The translations under genes and the position numbers were made by a program. Source: an uncultured Methanosarcinales archaeon (GTDB lineage Archaea > Nanobdellota > Nanobdellia > Woesearchaeales > BS150m-G63). Taken from it: 64,000 nucleotides of DNA. Shown piece by piece: positions 18,666 to 27,857 of this stretch (the first letter of the stretch is position 1; each line of letters starts with the position of its first letter). The DNA is taken from positions 30,236-94,235 of the forward strand of contig CAZVVW010000001.1 in the NCBI GenBank assembly GCA_964630685.1, in the 5' to 3' direction. The notes under the pieces were generated by a model, which was not told the DNA's origin, ran no database searches, and was given only the letters and a program-made list of their open reading frames with translations.

Positions 18666-19490
18666 ATGGGTATTGAAAAAGTTATCGAGAAGATTAAAAA
18701 ATTAGTTGAATGTAAATATGTACGTCTGGTTGATAGAGGAAATAGTGCTATTTTTATTGCTTTAAGTGTTGCTAAACAAAGGAGTTTTGATAATGTTTTG
18801 ATTCCAGATCAAGGGGGGTGGTTGACTTATTTACAATTTCCTAAAAAAGCTGGATTGGGTTTGAGGAAGATTAAAACTGATTATGGTCTTATTGATTCTG
18901 TTGATTTGAGGGGTGAAAAAGGTTGTTTGCTCTACCAAAATCTAGCAGGTTATTTTGTTGAACAACCAGTCAAAGAGATTTATAGGGTTTGTAAGGGTAA
19001 AAATCTTGTTATTTTAGATGTTTGTTCAATAGGTGATGAAATTGTTAATCTTGGTGGTTTTGCCGATATTTTAATTGGAAGCTTTGGGAGATGGAAAGTT
19101 GTTGATGCTGGTTATGGTGGTTTTATTGGTACTAATGATAAAGAGCTATTTTCTTTGATTGAGGATTTTAGTTCTGGAGATTATGTTTTTGATGAAAATA
19201 ATTCTGAAGTTTTGTTAGATAAACTTGAGAATGCTAAACAAAGATTGAAGTGGCTTTATGATAAAAATATGGAAGTTAAAGGAGAGTTAAAAGATTTTAA
19301 TGTGATTCATAGTGGTGGTAAAGGGGTTAATGTTGTTGTAAAATACTGTTGTGAAGATGAAAAACAAAAAATACTTAAATATTGCAATAAACATGATTAT
19401 CCATATACTTTGTGTCCGAGATATATTCGTGTGAAAGATAGGGCAGTGAGTATTGAAATTAAGAGGTTAAAGGAAACTTTTCGAAAATGA
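18666..19490 (+). CDS. Hypothetical protein; weak resemblance to PLP-dependent transferase fold (…GSFGRWKVVDAGYGGFI)
   Basis: ORF; only motif-level similarity. Confidence 0.3.
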   Translation: MGIEKVIEKIKKLVECKYVRLVDRGNSAIFIALSVAKQRSFDNVLIPDQGGWLTYLQFPKKAGLGLRKIKTDYGLIDSVDLRGEKGCLLYQNLAGYFVEQPVKEIYRVCKGKNLVILDVCSIGDEIVNLGGFADILIGSFGRWKVVDAGYGGFIGTNDKELFSLIEDFSSGDYVFDENNSEVLLDKLENAKQRLKWLYDKNMEVKGELKDFNVIHSGGKGVNVVVKYCCEDEKQKILKYCNKHDYPYTLCPRYIRVKDRAVSIEIKRLKETFRK

Positions 19491-19753
19491 AGAAAATATT
19501 ATTTTTTGTCGTTGTGTTTTTGGTAGTCGGAGGCTACATGATTAAGAGTTCTTTAGATACAGATTTGGAGACTAAAGAAGAGAAGATAACTTTTGCTAAA
19601 GAATTTTTTACTTGGGTAAAAGGGGTTGGCGTGAATACTAAAAATGTTGTAGGTTATGCAACTGAACAAGATTGGTTACCTGATACTAATGATATTAATG
19701 ATACTAATAGTACTGATGATGAAAATGGGAATGATGAAGGAGATGATGAATGA
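19487..19753 (+). CDS. Small secreted/membrane protein with acidic C-terminus
   Basis: N-terminal hydrophobic helix; overlapping start/stop with neighbours. Confidence 0.3.
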   Translation: MKKILFFVVVFLVVGGYMIKSSLDTDLETKEEKITFAKEFFTWVKGVGVNTKNVVGYATEQDWLPDTNDINDTNSTDDENGNDEGDDE

Positions 19754-20157
19754 TGGGATTAATAGAACCAGAAAGTATGGATGAATGTTTATATTTTAGT
19801 AATAGGACTTTAGGAGAACTTGGAAAAGCAAAGGCTTGGGTGTATAAGAAAAAGTGTCCTGAATGTGGAAAAGTTAAGATGGGGAAACCTGTTGTTAAAG
19901 GGAAAGTTAAGATACGAGCTCTAGAGTATGTTTGTCCTGAATGTGGGTATACTGAAGATAAAAAAGAACATGAAGGATCATTAAATATGGAGATTAAATA
20001 TGTTTGCCCTAAATGTGAACATGAAGGTGAAGTAGAAGTTCCTTATGTTAGAAAAACATTTCAAGGAGTGAAATCAGTTGTATTTATTTGTGGTGGCTGT
20101 GGTGAAAAATTAGCAATTACAAAGAAAATGAAGGATCCTAAAAAGAAAAAGAAGTGA
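19750..20157 (+). CDS. Double zinc-ribbon protein (four CxxC pairs: CPECG…CPECG…CPKC…CGGCG)
   Basis: Cys spacing. Confidence 0.45.
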   Translation: MMGLIEPESMDECLYFSNRTLGELGKAKAWVYKKKCPECGKVKMGKPVVKGKVKIRALEYVCPECGYTEDKKEHEGSLNMEIKYVCPKCEHEGEVEVPYVRKTFQGVKSVVFICGGCGEKLAITKKMKDPKKKKK

Positions 20158-20642
20158 AAATGGTAAAAAAAATACTAAAAAACAAGAAGAGCAAAGCCCT
20201 TCAAGCCTTTCTAAATGAAAGGGGTAAGAAATTTTTGAAAAAAAAGTTTGATGTTTCTAGATTGAAAGAGATGAGAATACTTCTTTTTTTAGTTGTATTT
20301 ATTGCTGTACTTACTTTTATAGGTTATGTGTTGAGTGGAGTGGTAGATAAATCTCCTGTTGAAGAAGATACTTTTTTAATTATTAGGAGTGTTGGTGGCA
20401 CAACCATTGAATTAATTGAATCAGGCAGAACTCCACTTGATGTTTTGTTGGATTTACATGCTATACAAATGGAAGAATTGCAATATATGGTGCTTGTTAA
20501 TTGTATTGACAATATCTGTGGCGGAGATGATTTTTACTGGGCTTATTATATTGATGGAAAAATTGGTAGTGTAGGTGTTGGCGAATATATTATACAGCCA
20601 GGCGATGATATTGAGTTTAGACTAGTTGGGAAAAGTAGTTAA
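20154..20642 (+). CDS. N-terminally anchored protein with DUF4430-like beta-grasp domain
   Basis: TM helix then ...YMVLVNCIDNICGGDDFYWAYYIDGKIGSVGVGEYIIQPGDDIEFRLV. Confidence 0.4.
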   Translation: MKMVKKILKNKKSKALQAFLNERGKKFLKKKFDVSRLKEMRILLFLVVFIAVLTFIGYVLSGVVDKSPVEEDTFLIIRSVGGTTIELIESGRTPLDVLLDLHAIQMEELQYMVLVNCIDNICGGDDFYWAYYIDGKIGSVGVGEYIIQPGDDIEFRLVGKSS

Positions 20643-20735
20643 AACTTTTTATTTCTTTTTGTTTTTTGTTTAAATTATTTTTTGTAGTGATTTTTCCGAA
20701 AACTTTATAAACTATAGTGCATCTATAGTTATACT

Positions 20736-20954
20736 ATGGTAACAACAATACAAGTAAGTCAAGAATTAAAAGAGCAATTGTCTTTTAGAAAAGTTTCTGC
20801 TAAAGATAGTTATGAAGAAATTATTTGGGATTTATTGGAAGACACAATGGAATTGAATGATCAAACTAAAAAAGAAATTAAGATTGCAAGAGAAGAATTT
20901 AAACAAGGAAAATTCGTGACTCATTCTCAATTAAAGAAAGAGTTGGGATTGTAA
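20736..20954 (+). CDS. Type II antitoxin (RelB/DinJ-like) partnered with the downstream RelE toxin
   Basis: 72 aa, immediately upstream (13-nt gap) of a RelE toxin. Confidence 0.5.
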   Translation: MVTTIQVSQELKEQLSFRKVSAKDSYEEIIWDLLEDTMELNDQTKKEIKIAREEFKQGKFVTHSQLKKELGL

Positions 20955-20966
20955 ATGGAGTTCTAA

Positions 20967-21218
20967 ATGTATGAAATAAATTATTCTAATTCTGCAATTA
21001 GGTTTCTTAAGAAACTTTCTAAAGATAAACAAAAACATATTTTATCAGTTTTAGAAAGAGCAAGAATCAGGCCAGAAAAACATTTTGAAAGATTGGTTGG
21101 TGAGAAGACATATAAAATAAGAGCTGGAAAATATAGAATAATTGCAGATGTGTATAATAAAGAATTATTGATTTTAGTAATTAAAATAGGTCATAGAAAA
21201 AATATATATAAAAACTAA
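20967..21218 (+). CDS. relE: RelE/ParE-family type II toxin (mRNA interferase)
   Basis: ...YRIIADVYNKELLILVIKIGHRKNIY. Confidence 0.75.
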   Translation: MYEINYSNSAIRFLKKLSKDKQKHILSVLERARIRPEKHFERLVGEKTYKIRAGKYRIIADVYNKELLILVIKIGHRKNIYKN

Positions 21219-21282
21219 ATATATTAAGATATGTGAAAATTAAAGTAATATTTATAAACTATATTCTAATTTAAAATAGATT

Positions 21283-23562
21283 ATGGCTGTTAAGAAAAGT
21301 AAAAAATCTACTGGAAAGAGTAAAATTAAGAAACATAATAAGAGAATGAAAGATGATAAGAGAATATTAGTGACTAGTGCATTACCTTATGTGAATAATG
21401 TGCCACATCTTGGTACTTTGGTTTGTGTGATTAGTGCTGATGTCTATACTAGATTTTTGAGGCTTAGAGGTAAGGAAGTTGTTTATGTGCTGGGTACTGA
21501 TGAACATGGTACAACAGCTGAAGTTAAAGCACTTGCTGAAGGTGTGACTCCTAGACAATTAGTTGATAAATATTTTAAATTACAAAAAAAGGTTTATGAT
21601 TGGTTTTTATGTAGTTCTGATGCTTTTGGAAGAACTTCTGACAAAGAGAATTTTGAAGTTACTGTTGATATCTTTAATAAATTGAATAAAAATGGTTTTA
21701 TTTTTGAGGATATTGTTAAACAAACTTATTGTTCAAAATGTGATAAATTTTTGTCTGATAGATTTGTGACTGGTGAATGTCCTCATTGTGGTTATGAGCA
21801 AGCTAAAGGGGACCAGTGTGAGCATTGTGGTAAGTTGTTGGATGCACTTGAATTGATAGATGCTAAATGTGAAGTTTGTGGAACATCTCCTGAAGAAAGA
21901 GAGTCAAAACATTTATTTATGGACTTGCCTAAAATTGAGCCAAAATTGAAAAAATGGATAGATATGCAATCTGTTAAAGGAAAGTGGGCTGTGAATGCAA
22001 AGACAATGACTGATGCATGGTTGAAAGAAGGATTGAAGCCAAGATGCATTACTAGAGATTTAAAATGGGGAGTTCCTGTTCCTTTGGAGTCTAGCGAGAA
22101 AAATTTACTAGACTTTAAGGATAAGGTCTTTTATTCCTGGTTTGATGCGCCAATTGGTTATATTTCTATAGCTAAAAAATGTAGGAAAGATTGGAAGAAG
22201 TGGTGGCATGCACCTAAAGATGTTAAGTTAGTGCAGTTTATGGGCAAAGACAATATTCCATTCCATACTATTTTGTTTCCATCTTTTTTGATTGGGGCAG
22301 AAGATAATTATACTTTATTACATCATATTTCTTCTAATGAATATTTGAATTATGAAGGTGGTCAATTCAGTAAAAGCAGACATAGCGGTGTTTTTGGTGA
22401 TGATGCTATGGAAACTGGAATTAAAGCAGATGTATGGAGATATTATATTATGGTGAATCGTCCTGAGAAATCTGATACTGAGTTTTCATGGGCAGATTTC
22501 CAGAGCAAAATAAATCATGAATTGGTTGCTAATATAGGTAATCTTGTTAATAGGGTGCTTAAATTTTTGAATAGTTTTTATAGTGGAAAAGTTCCTGCTG
22601 GAAAATTGGGTGGGAGGGAGAAGAAGTTTTTTGCTGATGTTGTAAAGAAAGAGAAAGAGATTATTGAGTTGTTGGGCGATGTAAAAATTAAAGATGCTTT
22701 GCGTGAAATTATGAACACTTCTAAACTTGGAAATCAATATTTTCAAGAAGCTGAACCTTGGAAAAATTTTAAATTGGATCGTGGGAAGGCAGACACATCT
22801 CTTTTTGTGTTGGTTAACTTTGTGAAAGACTTGGCTTTACTGCTTAAGCCTTATTTACCTGAGACTGCTGAAGGAATTGAGAAACAGCTAAAAGTTAAAG
22901 TTGGTGGGTTTGATGAATTAGGTGAGTTGAGTGTTAAAGAAGGACATAAGGTTGGTAAAGCAAAAGCATTGTTTGAGAAAATTAATGATGATAGATTAAA
23001 TGAACTTCGTGAAAAGTTTAGTGGTGAGAATAGTGAGAAAGAAGGGAATGGAGGAAAAGGCGGTGGTGACAAAATTGATGCCTTTTCTAAATTAGAGTTA
23101 CATGTTTCTAAAATATTGAAAGTCGAAGATCATCCAGATGCTGATAAATTATATGTTATGCAAATAGATACTGGGAGTAAAAAAGGTGAGGGAAAAAGAC
23201 AGATTTGTGCTGGGATTAAAGATGATTATAGTGTTGATGAACTTGTTGGTAGGAAAATAGTTGTGGTTACCAATCTTAAACCTGCGAAGTTAAGGGGAGT
23301 TGAAAGTAATGGAATGCTTTTAGCTGCTGAAACTGATAAAATTTGTAGATTGCTAGAAGTTGGTACTGCTAAAGTTGGCGAAAGGGTTTTTGTTGGCGAA
23401 AGTTGTGAGGGTGGTAGATTTAATCAGATTACTATTGATGAGTTTGCTAAAGTAAAGATGGTTGTTAAGAAAGGGAAAATTATTTATGGTAGCGATGAGT
23501 TAAGAACAAGTGATGGGCCAGTTATTGTTCAAGATATGAAGGACGGCGCTAAAGTTCATTGA
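21283..23562 (+). CDS. metG: Methionine--tRNA ligase with C-terminal Trbp111/EMAP-like tRNA-binding domain
   Basis: HLGT (HIGH-class) motif, Zn knuckles (CPHCG…CEHCG…CEVCG), KFSKS-like FSKS, C-terminal LHVSKILKVEDHPDADKLYVMQIDTG. Confidence 0.9.
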   Translation: MAVKKSKKSTGKSKIKKHNKRMKDDKRILVTSALPYVNNVPHLGTLVCVISADVYTRFLRLRGKEVVYVLGTDEHGTTAEVKALAEGVTPRQLVDKYFKLQKKVYDWFLCSSDAFGRTSDKENFEVTVDIFNKLNKNGFIFEDIVKQTYCSKCDKFLSDRFVTGECPHCGYEQAKGDQCEHCGKLLDALELIDAKCEVCGTSPEERESKHLFMDLPKIEPKLKKWIDMQSVKGKWAVNAKTMTDAWLKEGLKPRCITRDLKWGVPVPLESSEKNLLDFKDKVFYSWFDAPIGYISIAKKCRKDWKKWWHAPKDVKLVQFMGKDNIPFHTILFPSFLIGAEDNYTLLHHISSNEYLNYEGGQFSKSRHSGVFGDDAMETGIKADVWRYYIMVNRPEKSDTEFSWADFQSKINHELVANIGNLVNRVLKFLNSFYSGKVPAGKLGGREKKFFADVVKKEKEIIELLGDVKIKDALREIMNTSKLGNQYFQEAEPWKNFKLDRGKADTSLFVLVNFVKDLALLLKPYLPETAEGIEKQLKVKVGGFDELGELSVKEGHKVGKAKALFEKINDDRLNELREKFSGENSEKEGNGGKGGGDKIDAFSKLELHVSKILKVEDHPDADKLYVMQIDTGSKKGEGKRQICAGIKDDYSVDELVGRKIVVVTNLKPAKLRGVESNGMLLAAETDKICRLLEVGTAKVGERVFVGESCEGGRFNQITIDEFAKVKMVVKKGKIIYGSDELRTSDGPVIVQDMKDGAKVH

Positions 23563-23584
23563 TTGATTAGTTGATTAAGTTTAG

Positions 23585-24118
23585 TTGTTTTATTATAAGG
23601 TAATCGGGGTGAATTACATGAAAAAAGGGAAAACTAAAAAATCGAATTCTAAATATGGTGAATATCTCCTTTCTGGGGAGAAGATAATTAAAGAATATAA
23701 TTTTAAAATTGGACTTTATGATATATTGATTACTGATAGAAGGGTGTTGATAAAAAGAAGATTTCCAAGAACTGTGATGGCTTTCAAATATAAAGATGTT
23801 GAAGTTGTTGAGTATATTACAAAGTTTAAATGGGTTAAACTCGTTATTTCTGTTTTTGGGTTTGCGTTTACTTTCTTTTTTACAAAAGCAAGAGATAACA
23901 TGTTTATCAAAATGTTTGGATTAAAAGAGTTGATGTATTTATTTGCTATTGCTTTTGCTGTTATGGGAATAGTTTATTTAGGTAAATTTTTACTTAGTGC
24001 AATTGGTAGGTTGAGAATAATAATAAAATCTAGTTCAGAGCCAGTAGAGATTTATACAAGATATACTAAATTAATTCCAGAATTTATTAAACTTGTTGAA
24101 GGAAAAAGACGCAAGTAA
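23585..24118 (+). CDS. Membrane protein with bacterial PH (bPH_2/DUF304-like) domain
   Basis: YLLSGEKII...LITDRRVLIKRR pattern followed by TM helices. Confidence 0.4.
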   Translation: MFYYKVIGVNYMKKGKTKKSNSKYGEYLLSGEKIIKEYNFKIGLYDILITDRRVLIKRRFPRTVMAFKYKDVEVVEYITKFKWVKLVISVFGFAFTFFFTKARDNMFIKMFGLKELMYLFAIAFAVMGIVYLGKFLLSAIGRLRIIIKSSSEPVEIYTRYTKLIPEFIKLVEGKRRK

Positions 24119-24120
24119 AA

Positions 24121-24167
24121 TTGTTAAATTAGATTGTTAATTAGATTGTTAATTAGATTGTTAATTA
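24121..24167. repeat. Tandem 12-13 bp repeat (ttgttaa(a)ttaga x ~4) immediately upstream of the first gene of the surface-protein cluster
   Basis: ttgttaaattaga ttgttaattaga ttgttaattaga ttgttaatta. Confidence 0.8.
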
Positions 24168-24186
24168 AAAAATTGGTAAACAATAA

Positions 24187-27100
24187 ATGAATAGTATGAA
24201 TCATTTGAAAACGGTAGCTATTTTTATGATTTGTTTAATTTTAACTTTGCCATTTTATTCTGCTAATGTTTTTGCTGCTGCTAATGTTATGAGTGCTAAG
24301 ACTTATGGGGGGAGTGGTGTTGAAAGATATAGGCAATCTGTAGATAACACTAGGTTTGAAGCTGTTGTTGGTGGGGAGCCTGTTGGAATTGAATATATTT
24401 ATCTTGAAAGTTTTAGTGGGGGATTTAAACAGCAATTTACTTCTTGTGTTGATGCAGATTTTGGATATAATTGTGTTAAAACTCTTGAGTTGGATACTCT
24501 GACTGGTGGGTTATATACTTATTATATTCGTTCTTATGATAATCCTGATGGGCAAGGCATTGCTGTGAGTACAATGATAACTGATATTATTGTTGATGAT
24601 TCTAAACCCATTGTTAATACCTTTAGTTCTAATTTTAATAATGTAGGATTAACTCAAGAAGTACGGCTGAATTTTGATGTTTCTGATGTTGCTGCTCAAG
24701 GATGTAGTGGGTTTGGAAGAGTTGAGTTATCTGTAGGGTCAAAAGATAATGTGGTTGAAACATTGCCTTTGAATGATGTTATTGGTTGTTCTTATTTGGG
24801 TAATCTTACTGTTGTGCCTGGACAACATATTGAAGAAGGAGCTATGAGGGTGATATATTATCTGAAAGTGTATGATAGATTTGATAATCCTTCTGATTCA
24901 AAATATTTACAAGTTAGTGTTGATTTAGAAGCTCCTAGTATTGTTACTAGTTCTTTTGAGATCGTTACTCAAGTTGGGGATGAACCAGTTTATTATGTTA
25001 AAAAAGGGGAGAGTACTCCTGTTCTTATTAAATTTTTAGTGGATGGTGATGTAGATTTAGTGAATGCTGATTTTTTAGACCTTAATCCAAATTATATTAG
25101 TTTGGTTTCTGGTTCTTGTCAGCAGATGGGTTATGAAAGATATAGGTGTAGCTGGAATGCTTTTATCAATGTTGGAGAAACTACTAATGCTCAAATAAAA
25201 AGTAGAGCTTATGATGATTCAGGAAATTTTGATGAAGCTGTTTTTCCATATACTGTTTTTGTGGATGATTCTTCTCCTGAGTTGAGTAGTTTAACTACAG
25301 GTCATAGTTATGATGATGTTATTTATGCAGGTAAATTTACTACTTATAATGCTTTGATTACTGAAAGCGGTGTGGGGTTGAATTTGAGTAAGGTTTATCT
25401 TGATTTGAGTGAGATTAATGGGCGTAGTAGTGTAAAGGCTGATAATTGTACTGGTGCTGGAACTACTTGGAATTGTTATTGGTATGATGTTGAAACCACA
25501 ACAGGCGATGGATATAAACAACTCGCTTTGACTGGTGAGGATGATAGTGGAAATGCTTTTGGGGAATTAGGAATATTAACTTATGCAGATAGCACTTTTC
25601 CTGAAGTTGTCAGCAAGAATTATACAAGTAGTAGTGGCTATTGTCCAACAACTGCAGATATGATTACTTTTGAGGTAGGGGTTATTGAAGCAGGTCCTGG
25701 ATTGGAATTTAGTGTTGATGTTTCGGATATAAGTACTGCTTCTGAAACTGTTGATGGAAGTTGTAGTTTGGTTGTTGATGAAGAAGAAGAAAGTGCAGAT
25801 GAATGGGAATGTACTGCTGTTGTTGGAGAAATTATTTCTGGCCATTTTGATGGGGAGATTGGATTTACATTAATTGATGGCTCTAATAATACTATTGAGG
25901 ATGTTATTGATATTGAGATTTGTTTGCTTGATGATGTTACTGTTGAGCCAAACTTTTTTGATTTAATTGAGGATCCTCCGGAAGCAGTTCCTTCTATTGT
26001 AAGCAGAAAAGGATTGAGTAAATATAATTATCCTGTTTTTGTATTTCCAAAATTACGTGCTAGTGGGCTTACAGAAATGCTGAATTTTGAGACATCTTGT
26101 GTTGGTGCAGAAGTTATTGATGTGTTAGGTGAAAGGAGTACAAATCCTACTTTTAGTTTAAGGTTAGACCAAAATGACAATACATCAGACATTGAAGAGA
26201 TTTTGATTAATTGTTCTTTTAGCATAAAATTAAGATCTGGTAACACTGTTTACCTTAATCCTGAAATAGAAGAGTTTGAGGTTCCCTTTACATTGTATGA
26301 TACTTCTTTTGGTGATGTAACAGAAGCTATGGCTGATAAAATTTATGGCGTTAAAGAGAGATTGATTGAATTGGATGATAATATAGCTACTTGGGATAAA
26401 GTAAATACTTTTTTGAAAGTTATTTCAACTATAACCAAAGCTTTGGTTAAGATTGCTGTTATGGCATCTATTTTACTTCCAATAATTTATGCTTTTGCAT
26501 GGGTTGTTTATGGATTTATTTATGCTGGTTGCTGTGTTGTTAGTTTGGGTAGTGGTTGCGTGGGAGCTTGTGACCCCCCTGCAACATTGAAAGGTAATGC
26601 AGTATGGCAAATAGTTGGCAATATTCTTTCAGGAATTTTTGTGTGGATTGAAAAATTTGTTTGGCCTTTAGGTATGGAAGATATGAATCCATGGAGAATT
26701 CTTTTTAAAATGGCAGTGATGCTTTATTCTTGTAAATTATGTCAGTATAATATAGCTGGTTTTGAACCTTATAAGAGTATACACACTGCTAGTGCTTGTA
26801 TGTGTTTACCTGCTATATTATATAATTGGAGAAAAGAAAAAGCAGTTAATTGTATACAATTGAGGTGTTTGCAAGATAGTGTTGAAAAAGGGTACCCTTC
26901 TTCTGTATGCGATCAAAGAAAAACACAACAACAATGTTTGTATGTTGATGGTGCCGCTTGGAGTGAAGTTGCGGTTAAAAAAGGATTTGGATATTGGATG
27001 GGCATTTTAGGTCAACTGATTTTAGGGTTGTTAGTTAACTTAGGCATACTTTTATTAGGTATCTCTTGGAAAGTTACATGTAAAACATTTTTAAATGGCA

Positions 27101-27348
27101 TAGTTAGGGATCTTAAAGATGTTTTATTAAATGGAGAAATAATTGCATGTGAACTTGCAGGTTCTGCAATAATGTTGACAGAATTAAATGGATTTAGTAC
27201 TAATTTATGGGACTGGGAAGATTATAATAATAAGTTGTATTTTGATAGTGATCCATGTGCAGGCCTTGATTGGTCTACTTCAAGTGGTGGTGGTGCAAGT
27301 GCTGATGCAGGAGACGATGCATTAGAATTGGAGGTGTCTTCATGGTAA
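24187..27348 (+). CDS. Giant secreted Cys-rich protein (1053 aa): Sec signal peptide, repeated beta-rich modules with NCT..W.CYW motifs, C-terminal Cys-rich domain with hydrophobic helices; paralogue of 36139..39513
   Basis: Signal MNSMNHLKTVAIFMICLILTLPFYSANVFAAANV; shared motifs with 36139 (DNCTGAGTTWNCYWYD vs ENCTQSGSDWDCYYDTD; CMCLPAIL…CDQRKTQQQC vs CGCVPAIV…CQRDKKVGTC). Confidence 0.6.
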   Translation: MNSMNHLKTVAIFMICLILTLPFYSANVFAAANVMSAKTYGGSGVERYRQSVDNTRFEAVVGGEPVGIEYIYLESFSGGFKQQFTSCVDADFGYNCVKTLELDTLTGGLYTYYIRSYDNPDGQGIAVSTMITDIIVDDSKPIVNTFSSNFNNVGLTQEVRLNFDVSDVAAQGCSGFGRVELSVGSKDNVVETLPLNDVIGCSYLGNLTVVPGQHIEEGAMRVIYYLKVYDRFDNPSDSKYLQVSVDLEAPSIVTSSFEIVTQVGDEPVYYVKKGESTPVLIKFLVDGDVDLVNADFLDLNPNYISLVSGSCQQMGYERYRCSWNAFINVGETTNAQIKSRAYDDSGNFDEAVFPYTVFVDDSSPELSSLTTGHSYDDVIYAGKFTTYNALITESGVGLNLSKVYLDLSEINGRSSVKADNCTGAGTTWNCYWYDVETTTGDGYKQLALTGEDDSGNAFGELGILTYADSTFPEVVSKNYTSSSGYCPTTADMITFEVGVIEAGPGLEFSVDVSDISTASETVDGSCSLVVDEEEESADEWECTAVVGEIISGHFDGEIGFTLIDGSNNTIEDVIDIEICLLDDVTVEPNFFDLIEDPPEAVPSIVSRKGLSKYNYPVFVFPKLRASGLTEMLNFETSCVGAEVIDVLGERSTNPTFSLRLDQNDNTSDIEEILINCSFSIKLRSGNTVYLNPEIEEFEVPFTLYDTSFGDVTEAMADKIYGVKERLIELDDNIATWDKVNTFLKVISTITKALVKIAVMASILLPIIYAFAWVVYGFIYAGCCVVSLGSGCVGACDPPATLKGNAVWQIVGNILSGIFVWIEKFVWPLGMEDMNPWRILFKMAVMLYSCKLCQYNIAGFEPYKSIHTASACMCLPAILYNWRKEKAVNCIQLRCLQDSVEKGYPSSVCDQRKTQQQCLYVDGAAWSEVAVKKGFGYWMGILGQLILGLLVNLGILLLGISWKVTCKTFLNGIVRDLKDVLLNGEIIACELAGSAIMLTELNGFSTNLWDWEDYNNKLYFDSDPCAGLDWSTSSGGGASADAGDDALELEVSSW

Positions 27349-27857
27349 AATCAAAATTAATATGGGTGAGTGGAATAGTTTTAGTTATTTTTTGTTGTTT
27401 ATCTGGAGAAATGATTGCTTGGCAATGGTTTCACCCTTCTGGAAGTCCTAAAACTGCCTGGTATGATGTTACAGATGATGAAGTTGAAAAATGTTCTAAA
27501 GGAATAGACGTTCCAGGAGTTATAACTGATGGTGGGTCACATGGAGATAGTAATTATATATATGAATTAACTTTTTCATTACAGGCGTCAGAAACAGAAC
27601 TCCATAATGTTAGTTTATTTGAAGTATCTTATTATATAGAACCTTTGGAAGGTAATTTAACTTTTGAGGTATTTTTATTAGGTTCTGGAATATCTACAAA
27701 TGTAACGGGTGAATTAGTATCAAAACCTAATGGTGGAAAAGTAGGTTATGAATTTATAGAAGATGAAAAAGGAATATACACAGAAGCATTGATTGATTAT
27801 TGGGGAGATTCAAGCGGAAGTTATATTGTTCCGGTGGTGAAAAATGAAGAAGAGTAA
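27342..27857 (+). CDS. Small secreted/N-anchored protein (171 aa)
   Basis: Signal/TM; overlaps neighbours (translational coupling). Confidence 0.4.
   Translation: MVKSKLIWVSGIVLVIFCCLSGEMIAWQWFHPSGSPKTAWYDVTDDEVEKCSKGIDVPGVITDGGSHGDSNYIYELTFSLQASETELHNVSLFEVSYYIEPLEGNLTFEVFLLGSGISTNVTGELVSKPNGGKVGYEFIEDEKGIYTEALIDYWGDSSGSYIVPVVKNEEE

Noticed and set aside
24121-24167. Possible CRISPR array (tandem 12-bp repeats; also the 12-nt repeats at 32205-32270)
   Set aside because: Repeats are contiguous with no spacers and far shorter than CRISPR repeats; the second is coding.
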